From an uncultured virus (IMG/VR IMGVR_UViG_3300025864_000013) (lineage: Duplodnaviria; Heunggongvirae; Uroviricota; Caudoviricetes): 64,000 nt of DNA. Shown in pieces: positions 9,453 through 19,567 of this stretch (its first letter is position 1; each line of letters starts with the position of its first letter). The translations under genes were made by a program, and so were the position numbers. The stretch lies in IMG/VR virus record IMGVR_UViG_3300025864_000013; one strand, 5' to 3'. The notes beneath the pieces are model-generated. The model was not told the DNA's origin. It did not search any database and was given only the letters and a program-made list of their open reading frames with translations.

Positions 9453-10649
9453 ATGAAAAATTTCACAGCCTACATTCAGGCAATAATAAACAATCCGGTA
9501 ATCAATAAGGAGTGCAAACAAACGACCACAATCCTTATGCCGGAACTTGACACAACGGAAGGTATATACAGATCAATACTTCCTTCTTATGTTCTTAACG
9601 GACTGCCTGACTACAGGATAATTGTAACCGGGATAACTCAGAAGTCTACTGAGAGTAATAATGCAAGAAATTTCCATATTACCCAGGATCTTATCAATAA
9701 GTCTGACCATATTGTATTTCCCTTTGTGAGCTTTCCGCTCCAGCCTATCATTGATGAAATAATGGCCGTTAAGCCGTACATGATGTTCAGTTATTATATT
9801 GACTTCAATTACTATCTTGTATCAGACAGCTACCCTCACGCAGATGAGTATAAGGGTAAAATGATTGATATTATTGAAGCGAACATCAAAGCCGTTGACC
9901 AGGTTATTGTCACCAATAAGGCGTTGAAAGATTCTATTGCTCTTAAACTTAAAGAAAAGCATCCCGACACAAAGTTTGGAACAGTCATCTTATGGCAGCC
10001 ACTGTTTGTACTTCCGATGCTGATAAAAACGGAATACGAAAACCATTCTGAACAGGGTAAGATTAAGGTTCTTATTATTGGAGACGAATATCAATTCACG
10101 GATATAAATTTCATAAAAGGAATATTGAAGGACTTTAAGTTAAAGTACAAAGAAAATGCACTTATTCACATTATCGGTTTTAATGGAGTGCGTGGAGATA
10201 AAAACTTCCTTTCCGGCCTTGACTTCAAATACCATGAACGAGTCCCATATTCCCGGTACTTTGAACTGATAAAACATATTGCACCGGACGTGATACTTAT
10301 TCCAGGAAGCAAAAACACCTTCAATAATACAACAAAGAACTATGTCAAGTACCTGGAGTTTGCCTTCATGAATATTCCGGTTCTGGCCCCGAACATCAAA
10401 CCGTACTCTGATCTTATTGAGACAAACCGAAACGGGTTCCTTTGTGATGCGAAAGAAGATTACCTGATGCAGCTCGAAGCCATGTTTGACTTCCGGCAAA
10501 AATTTGATGATGTTCTTGGTAGTGCTTATGCCATTGCCGTTGACTATGATATTACTATCAAAGCGAATACTGATATTCTTACAAAAATATATTTCCCTAC
10601 CCATGAGCCAAAACAGTCTGATTCCGAATTGTCGGCAGTGTCCAAGTAA
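9453..10649 (+). CDS. GT-B (GT4-like) glycosyltransferase
   Basis: KNYVKYLEFAFMNIPVLAPNIKPYSDLIETNRNGFL C-terminal GT-B signature. Confidence 0.75.
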   Translation: MKNFTAYIQAIINNPVINKECKQTTTILMPELDTTEGIYRSILPSYVLNGLPDYRIIVTGITQKSTESNNARNFHITQDLINKSDHIVFPFVSFPLQPIIDEIMAVKPYMMFSYYIDFNYYLVSDSYPHADEYKGKMIDIIEANIKAVDQVIVTNKALKDSIALKLKEKHPDTKFGTVILWQPLFVLPMLIKTEYENHSEQGKIKVLIIGDEYQFTDINFIKGILKDFKLKYKENALIHIIGFNGVRGDKNFLSGLDFKYHERVPYSRYFELIKHIAPDVILIPGSKNTFNNTTKNYVKYLEFAFMNIPVLAPNIKPYSDLIETNRNGFLCDAKEDYLMQLEAMFDFRQKFDDVLGSAYAIAVDYDITIKANTDILTKIYFPTHEPKQSDSELSAVSK

Positions 10650-10887
10650 TGAGTTCCGGCTTCCCTATATATGCAAGAGTCGTTATATGGGTATCTGTGA
10701 TGCAAAACATTTAGTGCTGCAGCCGATCTTTAATAATATCAAGCCAGCAGAGTCGCAATATATAAATAAAACGAATTGTGATAGCGTACAGTTTGAAACC
10801 CCTTATAATTGCCCTCATGTTGAGAAATTAAGAAAAGAGGGAAAATTGCCAACTGGAGTAATAGATTTTTTAGGGAAACGAAAATAA
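10603..10887 (+). CDS. Cys-rich hypothetical protein
   Basis: ATG 10603 within a track ORF. Confidence 0.45.
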   Translation: MSQNSLIPNCRQCPSNEFRLPYICKSRYMGICDAKHLVLQPIFNNIKPAESQYINKTNCDSVQFETPYNCPHVEKLRKEGKLPTGVIDFLGKRK

Positions 10888-10971
10888 ACATTTTCTGACG
10901 AGATGGAGGGGGAATGAATCGTTGTTAACCAGACAGCCAAACCCCCTCCTTATACTATTAAAATATTGACT

Positions 10972-11241
10972 ATGTTTCTTGATGATGAACTTTACCAGAT
11001 AGCTAAAAAGCAGGATTACTCACACTGGCAGGCCAGAAGTAAAGCACGGGAAGAGATGTCACAGTGTATTCAGAATCGAATAACAGAGCAACTAAAAAAG
11101 CTAGTTGCTGACAAGAAAACAACCGATCAGGATATTATCATTTTCTTAAAGCGGTGCAGGTCAAATTGGTATAATGCCACTAAGCGACTAGAAAAAGAAG
11201 GCATATTATTACTATCGAGCCTGTCATGGACTTTGACTTAA
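10972..11241 (+). CDS. hypothetical protein
   Basis: ORF track. Confidence 0.5.
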   Translation: MFLDDELYQIAKKQDYSHWQARSKAREEMSQCIQNRITEQLKKLVADKKTTDQDIIIFLKRCRSNWYNATKRLEKEGILLLSSLSWTLT

Positions 11242-11420
11242 TACAAATGGTTAATTTAATAATCATAACTAAGCCCGAAAAAGTTTATATAGGAGCTGAT
11301 TCAAAAAATCATCATTTACCAGAACCATCAAAGGATAAGGTATTGGCCCTGATTGAAGAGCTTGAAAAATTCACAATAGTTGAACAAAAAACAAACCTAA
11401 GTCGAATTTTAAACCAATAA
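11199..11420 (+). pseudogene. C-terminal remnant of a Gp37Gp68/DUF5131-like protein
   Basis: frame reads RHIITIEPVMDFDL...VYIGADS...LPEPS; an in-frame stop lies just upstream. Confidence 0.5.
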
Positions 11421-11547
11421 TCATGTATAAAGAAATCAGAACAACTTACAGCAAAAAAGACTGTGAATGTAGCAAGTGTAAAAAACCTATCAATAAAGGA
11501 TCTGAAATTATCATCAATCCGAAAACAAAAGAGGCCTGGCATACTAA

Positions 11548-12468
11548 ATGCGGAAAAACAAAAGCAGAATGATTTTCACTCATGGATCAGTGTTTTCTGG
11601 AATAGGAGGATGGTCGCTCGCATCAGACGAGATGGGATGGGAAACAAGGTTTAACTGTGAAATAAATCCTTTCGGGCAAAAAGTTTTAAAATATTATTGG
11701 CCTAATGCAGAGTTATATGAGGACATCACAAAAACAGATTTCAAAAAATGGGGGGGGCGAATCAATATCTTATCAAATTCCTTTCCCTGTCAAGGATTTA
11801 GTGTTGCAGGAAAACGTAAGGGTACAGAAGATAACCGCTTCCTCTGGCCGGAAAGTTTGCGAGCAATTAAAGAAATTCAACCAGATTGGGTTGTTTCAGA
11901 GAATGTTCCCGGAATTATTACTATTGAAAAGGGAATGGTATTCGAGCAAGTGCAAACTGACTTGGAAGCTGCGGGGTACGAAGTATTCACGTTTGTATTG
12001 CCAGCTTGCGGTGTTAACGCTCCCCATAAAAGAGAACGGACTTGGTTTGTTGCCCACAATAACATCAGAAACCGGAAGAACTACGGACTTCAAACAGGGA
12101 GGGAAATCAATGATAACAGCATTAAGGCAGAACCAATTAATACCAACCCCTCAAGCGACGGATTACAAGGGCGGAGCAACAGCGGAGAGTTACGAAGCCA
12201 GAGGGAGAAACGAGAACAACGATCTGAGGACATGGGCTGCTTTTCAGGAAAGGACTGGCAAGACTTCCCAACTCAATCCCCGCTTTGTGGCAGAAATGAT
12301 GGGTTTTCCAGAAAATTGGACGGAATTACCTTTTCAAATTGGAAAAGAGAAAGTATAAAGGCTTATGGCAACGCAATAGTCCCTGCCGTTGCTATCCAAA
12401 TCTTTAAAGCAATAGAAGAGTATGAATCTTTAAATAACCAAAACCTCATAAAATGGCACAAACAGTAA
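11548..12468 (+). CDS. dcm: DNA (cytosine-5) methyltransferase, large subunit
   Basis: FSGIGG, FPCQGFS, ENV, HKRER, YGNAIVP (motifs I, IV, VI, VIII, X). Confidence 0.9.
   Translation: MRKNKSRMIFTHGSVFSGIGGWSLASDEMGWETRFNCEINPFGQKVLKYYWPNAELYEDITKTDFKKWGGRINILSNSFPCQGFSVAGKRKGTEDNRFLWPESLRAIKEIQPDWVVSENVPGIITIEKGMVFEQVQTDLEAAGYEVFTFVLPACGVNAPHKRERTWFVAHNNIRNRKNYGLQTGREINDNSIKAEPINTNPSSDGLQGRSNSGELRSQREKREQRSEDMGCFSGKDWQDFPTQSPLCGRNDGFSRKLDGITFSNWKRESIKAYGNAIVPAVAIQIFKAIEEYESLNNQNLIKWHKQ
11705..12358 (+). CDS. nested alternative-frame C5-MTase small subunit (TRD plus motif IX)
   Basis: 217-aa open frame inside dcm; LLPT/IPTP repeats and LNPRFVAEMMGFPENW. Confidence 0.7.
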   Translation: MQSYMRTSQKQISKNGGGESISYQIPFPVKDLVLQENVRVQKITASSGRKVCEQLKKFNQIGLFQRMFPELLLLKREWYSSKCKLTWKLRGTKYSRLYCQLAVLTLPIKENGLGLLPTITSETGRTTDFKQGGKSMITALRQNQLIPTPQATDYKGGATAESYEARGRNENNDLRTWAAFQERTGKTSQLNPRFVAEMMGFPENWTELPFQIGKEKV

Positions 12469-12998
12469 AAATTATCAAAAGAAGAGAGTCCCTTTCAAAT
12501 ATTATCCCTCCGATGATACAGGAAATCATACAGGAACATATAATTAAGTATATCCAGGATAATAAAATAACCAAATATAATGTTGAGTTTGGCTACATTG
12601 AAGAAAGCGTACTGATTGACATTGATGATGATATTTTGGAACTTAGTGATAGGTCTATAATTATGACTTTCCCAGCAAAGGTAATTGAGGCTTATTTATT
12701 TGACTGCTTCACTACAAATAAGGAAATATACATCAAAGTAAGGAACCGTGAGATATTAAGACATAGACAGGTTATGCAGTTCTTTATGTGTCATTATGCC
12801 GATATGAGCCTTGCAGCTATTGGAGTAGTAACAGGAGGCTCAGATCATAGTACAGTATTGCACTCTAAAAAAGAAGTAAGGAAGCGACTTATTGGTAATA
12901 ACGGATTTAAAAAGCAAATGTTTATAATTGACCGTACAATAACGAATAAACTAGGGGTTAAGTCTAGTGTTTTTGATATTTCAACAAACGTTATATGA
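12453..12998 (+). CDS. protein with DnaA domain-IV-like HTH
   Basis: RQVMQFF...SLAAIG...DHSTVLHS. Confidence 0.8.
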   Translation: MAQTVKIIKRRESLSNIIPPMIQEIIQEHIIKYIQDNKITKYNVEFGYIEESVLIDIDDDILELSDRSIIMTFPAKVIEAYLFDCFTTNKEIYIKVRNREILRHRQVMQFFMCHYADMSLAAIGVVTGGSDHSTVLHSKKEVRKRLIGNNGFKKQMFIIDRTITNKLGVKSSVFDISTNVI

Positions 12999-13000
12999 CC

Positions 13001-13023
13001 TTATTTATAATCATTCTAAATAA
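13001..13023. promoter_or_regulatory. near-palindromic operator
   Basis: ttatttataatcattctaaataa, upstream of the second partner/polymerase pair. Confidence 0.55.
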
Positions 13024-13168
13024 GCCCAAAAACCTTACTTTGTTCCTTTGCAGAAAAGGAAAGTTGAATTTCAATACCTCTCATGCGCTCTGTTTAGTTT
13101 AATTTTACAATCCCTTTGCACTCATAATTTACAGCCCCGATGATTAAAAATAATAATCCATTGCTATA

Positions 13169-13948
13169 ATGTATCCCTTACAACGATATAACGAGATACA
13201 AAAGGCATTATCTTCATTTCGAAGAGAGTCGGGGATTAAGAGCTTTCCAGCATCATTTCAAAAGACAGCAAGTCAGATATACAAAAGCACAAAGGGCGAA
13301 CCTCTCAAACACGTCCTGCAGAACATTGACATTTCTTACAAAAACATTCTCCCCGAAATTCCTGCCGATGCCTTAACCCAAAGATGTTTTTTTGATTATG
13401 AAGATGCACAAGAATTATTGCCATCTGGTTTAGGGATAAGGTGTCCTCAGCTACGTGGCGATAATTGGATAGAGAGCGACACTGATTACAATATTGTTTT
13501 TAAAGACTTTTCAGACTATTGTAATGCAAATAGAGATATATTTTGGACAAGTTCTGGCGATGCGCCACGGTTCCAATTTGGAGACTTGGACTTTGATGAT
13601 ACGGAAGGCATATATTATTTAGACTTAATAATTGATCGGGAAGACACTTATGGCTACCAGCCCGGAATGGGAGGTAAAAAGAACTTTGGAATAGGTGCTT
13701 CTGAATTAAAAGCACCTATTAAGGAGCTAGAGGATGAAATACCAGAAGAACCAGAAGAAAAAACAAGGCCAGTAAAAGATGATATTGAGATCCGTAGAAT
13801 TGAAGCGGAAACGGAAAAGATAAAAGCCTCAAAAGAAAAACTCGAAGAACTTAATAAAGCGGTAGAAAGCCTTGATAAGAAGTTTGACCGTGGATTAATA
13901 AGCAAAATAGAATATAAAAAATACCTTAAAAAAATATATGAAATCTAA
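13169..13948 (+). CDS. polymerase-partner protein, copy 2
   Basis: paralog of 949..1830; ends LNKAVESLDKKFDRGLISKIEYKKYLK. Confidence 0.7.
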   Translation: MYPLQRYNEIQKALSSFRRESGIKSFPASFQKTASQIYKSTKGEPLKHVLQNIDISYKNILPEIPADALTQRCFFDYEDAQELLPSGLGIRCPQLRGDNWIESDTDYNIVFKDFSDYCNANRDIFWTSSGDAPRFQFGDLDFDDTEGIYYLDLIIDREDTYGYQPGMGGKKNFGIGASELKAPIKELEDEIPEEPEEKTRPVKDDIEIRRIEAETEKIKASKEKLEELNKAVESLDKKFDRGLISKIEYKKYLKKIYEI

Positions 13949-13986
13949 TTAATTGCATATATTGCCGTATCAAAAACCTCAATACA

Positions 13987-14757
13987 ATGATTATCACCCG
14001 TTCCAAACAATCATACAACATTGCCCTTAAAAATATATCGGCAAAGGGGAACTATACCATTGATTTTGATGGCAGTAGACAAACCATTGTCAGGGGTAAA
14101 AGAAAAATACTTAAACTTTCTGCCTCAAAAAATACAATCTTAACGGACGAATCAGTTAATATTAAGGTGCTCTTTAGTGTTGTCAAAGCCGCATTCTCCC
14201 GCTACATAGTTAAAAAAACAGACTTTAACCCAGAGATAATTGCCTCAACTCACTCATCTTGCTATTCAAACAGGGAATTATGGGAGAAAATACCAAAAGA
14301 TGCTGAAATAATTCATATTGATGCTAGGCATTGTTATTGGAGAATCGCTATGTTATTAGGTTATATCACACAAAAAACCTATAAAGAATACCTTGATAAT
14401 GATGAATTAAAAACGCTTAGAAATATTGCATTGTCCAGGATAACATCAAAACATAAGAGAGAATATTATCTAAACCATAAAAAGATAAATGTAATTGAAT
14501 GCGACCTTACCCTCCATACAAGGCTTTATGATAATATCAGGCATTATACCTATAATAACTCAGGGGACATAAAAGAAGCTATCCCTGATTATTGTATTGC
14601 TTACCGTGTTGATGGTATTTACATGCTCCCTGATGGCTTAAAAAAGGCAAAGGAAATTTTCAAAAAGAACGGGCTACTCTTTAAAATTCAGAAATTTGTA
14701 AAGGTTGATGAAAAATATTGTGTTGATGAGAATGGAGAATTAAAAAAGATTTTATAA
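13987..14757 (+). CDS. minimal family-B-like DNA polymerase/nucleotidyltransferase, copy 2
   Basis: IDARHCYW, LRNIALS, YRVDGIY; paralog of 1833..2687. Confidence 0.6.
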   Translation: MIITRSKQSYNIALKNISAKGNYTIDFDGSRQTIVRGKRKILKLSASKNTILTDESVNIKVLFSVVKAAFSRYIVKKTDFNPEIIASTHSSCYSNRELWEKIPKDAEIIHIDARHCYWRIAMLLGYITQKTYKEYLDNDELKTLRNIALSRITSKHKREYYLNHKKINVIECDLTLHTRLYDNIRHYTYNNSGDIKEAIPDYCIAYRVDGIYMLPDGLKKAKEIFKKNGLLFKIQKFVKVDEKYCVDENGELKKIL

Positions 14758-14778
14758 ATTTGGCAAAACCTTATTCAA

Positions 14779-15057
14779 ATGAAAATATTCAAGCATTCCG
14801 AAAACTCTGAATTATTCCAGATAAAAGAGATTACCGACGAGCAGCTGATCGCATTTAATGATATTTGTAAGAACTATAAACAGTCTCTATTGCAGATTAT
14901 CAAAATGCCAGACCATCAGATGAAGCAATTCGCGCCCGGCAATCCTGATCTGGCCCGTGAGGCAATAAGACTTCAAATTAAAACCTGCATGGCTTATGAA
15001 ATGGCTTTTGCTGACGTATTAGCTATTGGAGATCAACCAAAACCTAAAGATAATTGA
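14779..15057 (+). CDS. hypothetical protein
   Basis: ORF track. Confidence 0.6.
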   Translation: MKIFKHSENSELFQIKEITDEQLIAFNDICKNYKQSLLQIIKMPDHQMKQFAPGNPDLAREAIRLQIKTCMAYEMAFADVLAIGDQPKPKDN

Positions 15058-15830
15058 GCAATAATCCTAAAATATTACTCGCTGCACCTATTAATATAGT
15101 AAAGGCTTACTGTTTGTTTGGTGCGGATGGCTGGTTAAATGCCATCAAAGAACTGGATTACGACAACTATGACATTATGCTAGTTGATAATAGCCCAAGT
15201 CCTGTATTCGCTCAAAAAATACGTGATTTAGGTTTTTATTGCTCTCATCTTATTCCAGATTATGCTGAAACACGCTATTTACTACTTCATAGTCTAGACA
15301 TTATAAGAGACAGGGTATTGTTAGGGAGTTATGACTTCTTTTTTTCTTTGGAGTGTGATGTATTCCCTCAAAAGAATATTATTAATAGGTTACTGGCCCA
15401 TAATAAAGAAGTTGTCGGCACTACCTATTGGACTGGTCAAGGATATAATTCATATCTGAACCTGCAGATTCTTGACATTTTACATAAGGACTACGAAAAT
15501 CACAAGCTCGAATCAAAGGTGAGGGATATGAGTTTTGAAGAAGCTCAGTTGTTTATGGATGGAACCTGCAAGCCTGTTTATGCTAATGGGATTGGTTGCG
15601 CTTTAATAAGCAGGGAAATAGTCGAAAATATACCTTTCAGAATAGATCCGGCAGATAGTGGATTTCCTGATAGTTTCTTCCATCAGGATTTATGGAGAAA
15701 TAGAATTGATAATTATGTTGACACAAGCATTATTCCGCTTCACCGTAACTCTAATTGGAGTACAATACTTGGAGATACACAGCATAAGAAATTGGCAGCG
15801 AGTAAGGGGCAAATGATAATTAAAAAATAA
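15054..15830 (+). CDS. GT-A (GT2-like) glycosyltransferase
   Basis: MLVDNS, FFSLECDV (DxD-like), GIGCALISR, PDSFF. Confidence 0.75.
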   Translation: MSNNPKILLAAPINIVKAYCLFGADGWLNAIKELDYDNYDIMLVDNSPSPVFAQKIRDLGFYCSHLIPDYAETRYLLLHSLDIIRDRVLLGSYDFFFSLECDVFPQKNIINRLLAHNKEVVGTTYWTGQGYNSYLNLQILDILHKDYENHKLESKVRDMSFEEAQLFMDGTCKPVYANGIGCALISREIVENIPFRIDPADSGFPDSFFHQDLWRNRIDNYVDTSIIPLHRNSNWSTILGDTQHKKLAASKGQMIIKK

Positions 15831-15841
15831 AACAATAACCC

Positions 15842-16051
15842 ATGCGAAAACAAAATAAGCCTTTCAAAAAAGGCGATAGAGTTATTATAGTTGGCAATAT
15901 TCCTTTTGCATTAAAAAAACAGCCAAGGCCCTTACTTGGAAGGGTGACAAGTGTTGATGGTTCATACACATTAGTGCGCCCTAGATATAAAAGATGGGAA
16001 GCTGAATTTTATCCCAGTGAACTACGCCATATTAAAAATAAACAGCCATGA
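15842..16051 (+). CDS. small SH3/KOW-like protein
   Basis: FKKGDRV...GRVTSV. Confidence 0.55.
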   Translation: MRKQNKPFKKGDRVIIVGNIPFALKKQPRPLLGRVTSVDGSYTLVRPRYKRWEAEFYPSELRHIKNKQP

Positions 16052-16359
16052 AAAAGACTAAAAAGTTCTATGTTTTTGTTAATACTATTGAAGGAAATAA
16101 AAAATATCCGGTTAGGTATTGGATTGACAATACTGGAGTAAAGCATTACCAATGGAAACTATTGAAAGGTAGTGATTTAACCGAAAATCAAATATATGAT
16201 TTATATAAATTTTTAGTCCCATGTTGCAGCAGACAGATACAATATGCTGTATCAAATGCTTTGTATGACACTGGTAAACTTACAGTAGCTCTCCGTGATG
16301 AAATAACGGTTGGAATATTAAAATATTTAAAAGAGATTAATCTGGTTCTGCCGGAGTGA
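16048..16359 (+). CDS. hypothetical protein
   Basis: ORF track. Confidence 0.55.
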   Translation: MKKTKKFYVFVNTIEGNKKYPVRYWIDNTGVKHYQWKLLKGSDLTENQIYDLYKFLVPCCSRQIQYAVSNALYDTGKLTVALRDEITVGILKYLKEINLVLPE

Positions 16360-16380
16360 AACCAATAAAATAATATAGTC

Positions 16381-16629
16381 ATGGAAATGTTTAAAAACGA
16401 ACAGGAAATTAATGAATTTGTAGAGGAATTTAAAACACATTTTTCGGGAAGCTCTGATTATATGAGTGGTGTAAATGATGGTGCTTATTCGATGTTAAGA
16501 AAAATTAAAAGCACAACAGTAAATGCAAATGAACCATTACCGGAATGTTTACATAACCAATATTGTGATAAACAAACTACTGACTTGCATTGTATGAGTA
16601 AAACAGGATGTAATTTCAAGGTAAAATAA
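16381..16629 (+). CDS. hypothetical protein
   Basis: ORF track. Confidence 0.5.
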   Translation: MEMFKNEQEINEFVEEFKTHFSGSSDYMSGVNDGAYSMLRKIKSTTVNANEPLPECLHNQYCDKQTTDLHCMSKTGCNFKVK

Positions 16630-16635
16630 ACAGTC

Positions 16636-17055
16636 ATGGAAAATATTTATCATTATTTCATTGATCTGGAATTTAATAATCCAAAGGAAAGTATTAGCAC
16701 TTGCGGATTAAGTACAAAAAAAGTATATCCTATTTATGGGACAAATAACTTAAACCTTGTTACTTGCGAAAAATGCAATAAGATTATCTATGCGGCATTA
16801 GATTATAAATACCTTATTTTAAAGGGGCATGAGAATATAAGTTTAGGGCTGCAATTATCCACCAAAAGGGGAGATTTACAGCACATGGAAATTACAAGAG
16901 CATTACCTGATAAATGGCACGAGAAAGAGGGATGGATTAAGTGGGGCATTAAAGGTAGTTCTGTTGCTGAAATCAATCACCTTAAAGATAGTATTTTAAA
17001 CCGAATAAACTATCTGGGATTAATGGAGAAAACATTTGAATTTAGCTATGAGTAA
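16636..17055 (+). CDS. hypothetical protein
   Basis: ORF track. Confidence 0.55.
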   Translation: MENIYHYFIDLEFNNPKESISTCGLSTKKVYPIYGTNNLNLVTCEKCNKIIYAALDYKYLILKGHENISLGLQLSTKRGDLQHMEITRALPDKWHEKEGWIKWGIKGSSVAEINHLKDSILNRINYLGLMEKTFEFSYE

Positions 17056-17105
17056 AATACAATAAATACAGAAAATTATATACAAAATTACTTAAAAATT
17101 ATATA

Positions 17106-17642
17106 ATGGACGCAAAAGACGCAAAAAACCATATGGAGGATCTGAAAAATGAACTAGGGTTACTCCTATTTCACGAAGAAACACTAAAGGCTGAAATGAA
17201 ATCTTTGAAACCAAAGTTTGAATCGGGGATTGTCCGGCCAATGATAAGCACCATCAGGAATATTACAGCAAAAGATTTGGAGATAGATGTTATTCCGGCA
17301 GATATGGCAAGTAAGGAAACTATTGAAGCCCGAAAACAGTATTTCTATGCTGCAAATGAACTTGCCCAGATCACAGTTGCAATTCAGACAAAGAAAGACC
17401 TTTATAATGGGTATAAAGATCATATCAAACAGGAATTGGATATGCTCGCTAAACCATGTACCGACACAATGATATATGATGCTTATAAAAAGGCCTGTCT
17501 CTTAGACCTTGTTCTTAACTTACCAGAACGTGAGGCCCTTGATGGAATAACTAAAAATCTTCCTTCATTACTTGCATCCGACAAAGAAAAGAGACTTACT
17601 CTATATGAGACACTTCAAAATATAATTTTACAACACTCGTAA
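17106..17642 (+). CDS. coiled-coil hypothetical protein
   Basis: ORF track. Confidence 0.6.
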   Translation: MDAKDAKNHMEDLKNELGLLLFHEETLKAEMKSLKPKFESGIVRPMISTIRNITAKDLEIDVIPADMASKETIEARKQYFYAANELAQITVAIQTKKDLYNGYKDHIKQELDMLAKPCTDTMIYDAYKKACLLDLVLNLPEREALDGITKNLPSLLASDKEKRLTLYETLQNIILQHS

Positions 17643-17645
17643 GCC

Positions 17646-18395
17646 ATGTATAAAGGTAAAACAGTACTCATAACCGGTGAAAGTCGTGGAGTCGGACTTG
17701 GACTCGGATTATATTTTTTAGAGAACAATGCAACTGTTATTGGATTAAGCAGGGTTTGTCCAGAGAGTTTATGTAACCTCCCAGGCGTAAGTGATATTCC
17801 TATTGAAATGACTAACGTTCATTCTTTTATTTGGAATAATTGCGACCTTTCCGATATTGATAGCATAATGGGTGTATTCCAAATGCTCACGGAGCAGAAG
17901 ATTAAAATTGACATTTGTATAAATAACGCTGCAGTCCTTACCTCTCAGTATATATTAAAAATGCCATTACAAAAGATCACAGATATGGTTAATGTAAACC
18001 TTATAGCACCAATACTTGTGTCCAGGGAGGCCGCAAAACTTATGCGCAATGAATATGGCAGGATAATAAATATTTCATCTATGGCCGTCGCGCTGGAGCC
18101 ACAAGGGGACTCTGTTTATGCTGCTGCAAAAGCGGGGCTGAATATTTTTACCAATATTATAGCAAAAGAATTGAACTTCATGAACATAACTTGCAACACC
18201 CTAGCTATATCGGCTATTGAAACGGATATGTTAAAGCAGCTCAATAAAGAAAAGGTTGATACGGTTATAGCGAGGTTGCCAATACCTCGCTATGCTAAAA
18301 TGGAGGATATAACGAATGTTATTGACTTCTTTTGTTCTAAGAAAAGTAACTACGTCACGAGTCAAACAATATACCTTGGAGGGGTGCATAGATGA
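17646..18395 (+). CDS. fabG: SDR oxidoreductase (3-oxoacyl-ACP reductase-like)
   Basis: TGESRGVG, NNA, SS, YAAAK catalytic motif. Confidence 0.85.
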   Translation: MYKGKTVLITGESRGVGLGLGLYFLENNATVIGLSRVCPESLCNLPGVSDIPIEMTNVHSFIWNNCDLSDIDSIMGVFQMLTEQKIKIDICINNAAVLTSQYILKMPLQKITDMVNVNLIAPILVSREAAKLMRNEYGRIINISSMAVALEPQGDSVYAAAKAGLNIFTNIIAKELNFMNITCNTLAISAIETDMLKQLNKEKVDTVIARLPIPRYAKMEDITNVIDFFCSKKSNYVTSQTIYLGGVHR

Positions 18396-18607
18396 TAACA
18401 TCAGGAATAGTTTGTGATAATTACAAGGTTGAAAAGTTTAAGAAGGAACTTGTAAAGGCCGGATTCTCTGATTTTGTGGTAACTGAAAATAAAAAAGGAG
18501 CCTTGGTTCAGACTTCAATAATCCAAGTAAAAATGGAGACAACCGATATTAAAAGAATGAAGAAACTTTGTCAGAAGGTCGAAATGCACTTTAAACTATC
18601 AAACTAA
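18392..18607 (+). CDS. small hypothetical protein
   Basis: ORF track; overlaps both neighbours. Confidence 0.55.
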   Translation: MITSGIVCDNYKVEKFKKELVKAGFSDFVVTENKKGALVQTSIIQVKMETTDIKRMKKLCQKVEMHFKLSN

Positions 18608-19566
18608 TGGAAGGAATCGGAATTTTAAAAGCAGCACATTATCTGCCAAGTAAAATCAATACCAATGCTGATGTTTGTGAAAATATCTTCGGCCTAACTG
18701 AGGATTGGATAATTCTGAAAACCGGAATTAAAAAACGTCACCATGTACAATATTCTGATACTTGTGGGCTGATGGCTCGTGAAGTAGCACTACGATTAAT
18801 TGAAGAGACTGACCCTAGGTTAATAGGATTAATAATTGTCTGCTCCTTTAGCCAAGATTACATGCTACCTCCAATGTCGGCACTTATACATTATGATATT
18901 GCAGCATCAAAACACTGTCAGATAATGGATATTAATGTTAATTGCGTGGGACTTATTACCGGAACTACTATTGCAGTAGAACGGATGCTATGTAATGATG
19001 AGATTGATTATGCGCTCGTTATTGGAGCTGAGATACTTTCCCGTTTTGTTGACAAGACAGATAAATTCACAGCCCCATTTTTCTCAGACGGGGCAAGCGG
19101 AGTGCTCTTAGGCAGGGTAGATAACGGAGCATTGACATTGCCTAAAAAGGCAGGGTTTATTCACTCTAAATTTTGCACCGATTCATCCGTTTATGAATCG
19201 GTACGATTGAAACGTAGAGGATTTATTGAACATAACGGTAAAGCTACATGGAATCAAGCAATAACAAACCTGCCTTATGTAGTGAATGGAGTAATTTATG
19301 AAGCAGGATTCAAACCAGAGGAGATTGATTTTTTTATCTTTCACCAGGCAAATGAAGTACTGATACACTATATTATGGATAAGATGAAGATCCCGCGAGA
19401 AAAAACATATACTAATGTAGCTGAAATAGGTAATACCGGAGCTGCTAGTATAGGTATTGCGCTTAGTGAGGCTATGGAGAAAGGATTAATAAAAGAAGGA
19501 AGCCTTTTAGTTATGGCAGGAGTCGGGGCCGGATTTAACTTTGGTGCTAATCTATGGAGGATGTGA
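18607..19566 (+). CDS. fabH: 3-oxoacyl-ACP synthase III family protein
   Basis: intact Cys-His-Asn triad: NCVG, FHQAN, GNTGAAS. Confidence 0.9.
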   Translation: MEGIGILKAAHYLPSKINTNADVCENIFGLTEDWIILKTGIKKRHHVQYSDTCGLMAREVALRLIEETDPRLIGLIIVCSFSQDYMLPPMSALIHYDIAASKHCQIMDINVNCVGLITGTTIAVERMLCNDEIDYALVIGAEILSRFVDKTDKFTAPFFSDGASGVLLGRVDNGALTLPKKAGFIHSKFCTDSSVYESVRLKRRGFIEHNGKATWNQAITNLPYVVNGVIYEAGFKPEEIDFFIFHQANEVLIHYIMDKMKIPREKTYTNVAEIGNTGAASIGIALSEAMEKGLIKEGSLLVMAGVGAGFNFGANLWRM

Positions 19567-19567
19567 T

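Noticed and set aside
10870..10950. Hammerhead ribozyme (CTGACGAG core)
   Set aside because: No correctly placed GAAA, stem III or cleavage triplet.
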